Source of the DNA: an uncultured Erysipelotrichaceae bacterium
GTDB taxonomy: Bacteria > Bacillota_I > Bacilli_A > RFN20 > CAG-826
Assembly (NCBI GenBank): GCA_902800645.1
Contig: CADCFC010000003.1
Location: 1,598-65,597 of the forward strand
Direction of reading: 5' to 3'
Length of the DNA: 64,000 nucleotides
Within the stretch, counting starts at the first letter, position 1; each line of letters begins with the position of its first letter. A model generated the notes under the pieces. It had not been told where the DNA came from and ran no database searches. It worked only from the letters and a program-made list of their open reading frames with translations. This document shows, piece by piece, positions 63,504-64,000 of the stretch. Both the position numbers and the translations under genes were made by a program.

Positions 63504-63893
63504 TTATCCACGTGGGCGTTTTGGTGGACGGCAACCATTATGTGGAATTGGGGTTGTATCAACGATACTTAAGACTTGTAAGCCACTGACAGCGAGAGAA
63601 CGGATTGCGCCTTCTCTACCTGGGCCTGGGCCTTTGACATCAACATCAACTTGTCTAATACCTTGATCATAAGCGCTCTTAGCAGCAGCTTCAGCAGCTT
63701 GTTGAGCAGCAAATGGAGTAGATTTCTTCGCACCTTTGAATCCTAATGCACCAGCGCTAGACCAGGCAATTGCGTTACCTTGGCTATCGGTGATAGTGAC
63801 AATGGTGTTATTGAAAGTTGAATGAATGTGAGCAACGCCTTTAGTAAAGGAACGTTTGACTTTCTTTTTACGAGTAGTTGTTTTACTTGCCAT
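63504..63893 (-). CDS. rpsK: 30S ribosomal protein S11
   Basis: [46 protein letters not shown]...[15 protein letters not shown]. Confidence 0.95.
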   Translation of the reverse strand: MASKTTTRKKKVKRSFTKGVAHIHSTFNNTIVTITDSQGNAIAWSSAGALGFKGAKKSTPFAAQQAAEAAAKSAYDQGIRQVDVDVKGPGPGREGAIRSLAVSGLQVLSIVDTTPIPHNGCRPPKRPRG

Positions 63894-63911
63894 GATTCTA
63901 TTCTCCTTTCA

Positions 63912-64000
63912 TTAACCTTGTGGAGCGCTCTTCTTATTGGCGATTGTCTTACGAGGACCTTTTCTAGTACGGGCGTTAGTCTTGGTTCTTTGACCACGGA
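63912..64000 (-). CDS. rpsM: 30S ribosomal protein S13, C-terminal end only (gene continues beyond the window)
   Basis: Minus-strand translation: ...RGQRTKTNARTRKGPRKTIANKKSAPQG*, with the TAA at 63914..63912. Confidence 0.85.
   Translation of the reverse strand, partial: RGQRTKTNARTRKGPRKTIANKKSAPQG

Overview
This is a 64-kb window from a low-GC genome that uses the standard genetic code (TGA is used as a stop, for example in ATGA gene overlaps). It looks like a Bacillota/Mollicutes-like organism, but I cannot assign a lineage without a database search. Almost all genes are on the minus strand.

Layout:
- 1-1693: 5' part of a surface adhesin-like gene that runs off the window edge.
- 2.4-19.8 kb: a visibly more AT-rich accessory region that reads as a composite anti-phage defence island.
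- 20.0-35.1 kb: a Wzx/Wzy-type surface-polysaccharide locus (PglC-like initiating transferase, CapD-like dehydratase, flippase, polymerase-like protein, six glycosyltransferases, an acetyltransferase, an FrhB-like/pyruvyl-transferase fusion).
- 35.6-38.4 kb: a second, paralogous surface protein.
- 39.0-40.0 kb: a nuclease-less NUMOD/IENR-type DNA-binding gene and four tRNAs (Leu-UAG, Thr-UGU, Val-CAC, Ile-GAU).
- 40.1-64.0 kb: core genes. The conserved rpsM-rpsK-rpoA-rplQ / ecfA1-ecfA2-ecfT-truA / rplM-rpsI block is interrupted twice by inserted genes: MNT-HepT and HipBA toxin-antitoxin pairs, a zinc-ribbon membrane protein, yebC, HydABC [FeFe]-hydrogenase, PreTA, cysS-rlmB-sigma, and a GT4 fusion.

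The defence island contains:
- a metallophosphoesterase-P-loop-helical STAND-like protein;
- an Abi_2 (AbiD/F) gene;
- a translationally coupled pair of a 1234-aa helical protein and a Hanks Ser/Thr kinase;
- an AbiH-like gene with a 2-TM partner and a 58-aa ORF;
- an orphan 307-aa gene;
- an RloC/PrrC-like AAA_13 ATPase.
These are interspersed with glycosyltransferase stumps, an orphan 5' half of a tRNA-Leu, and three copies of a ~230-nt repeat containing a hairpin.

The best candidate for an undescribed system is the giant-protein/kinase pair at 7538-12482.

All domain calls are by-eye motif recognition. No searches were run.
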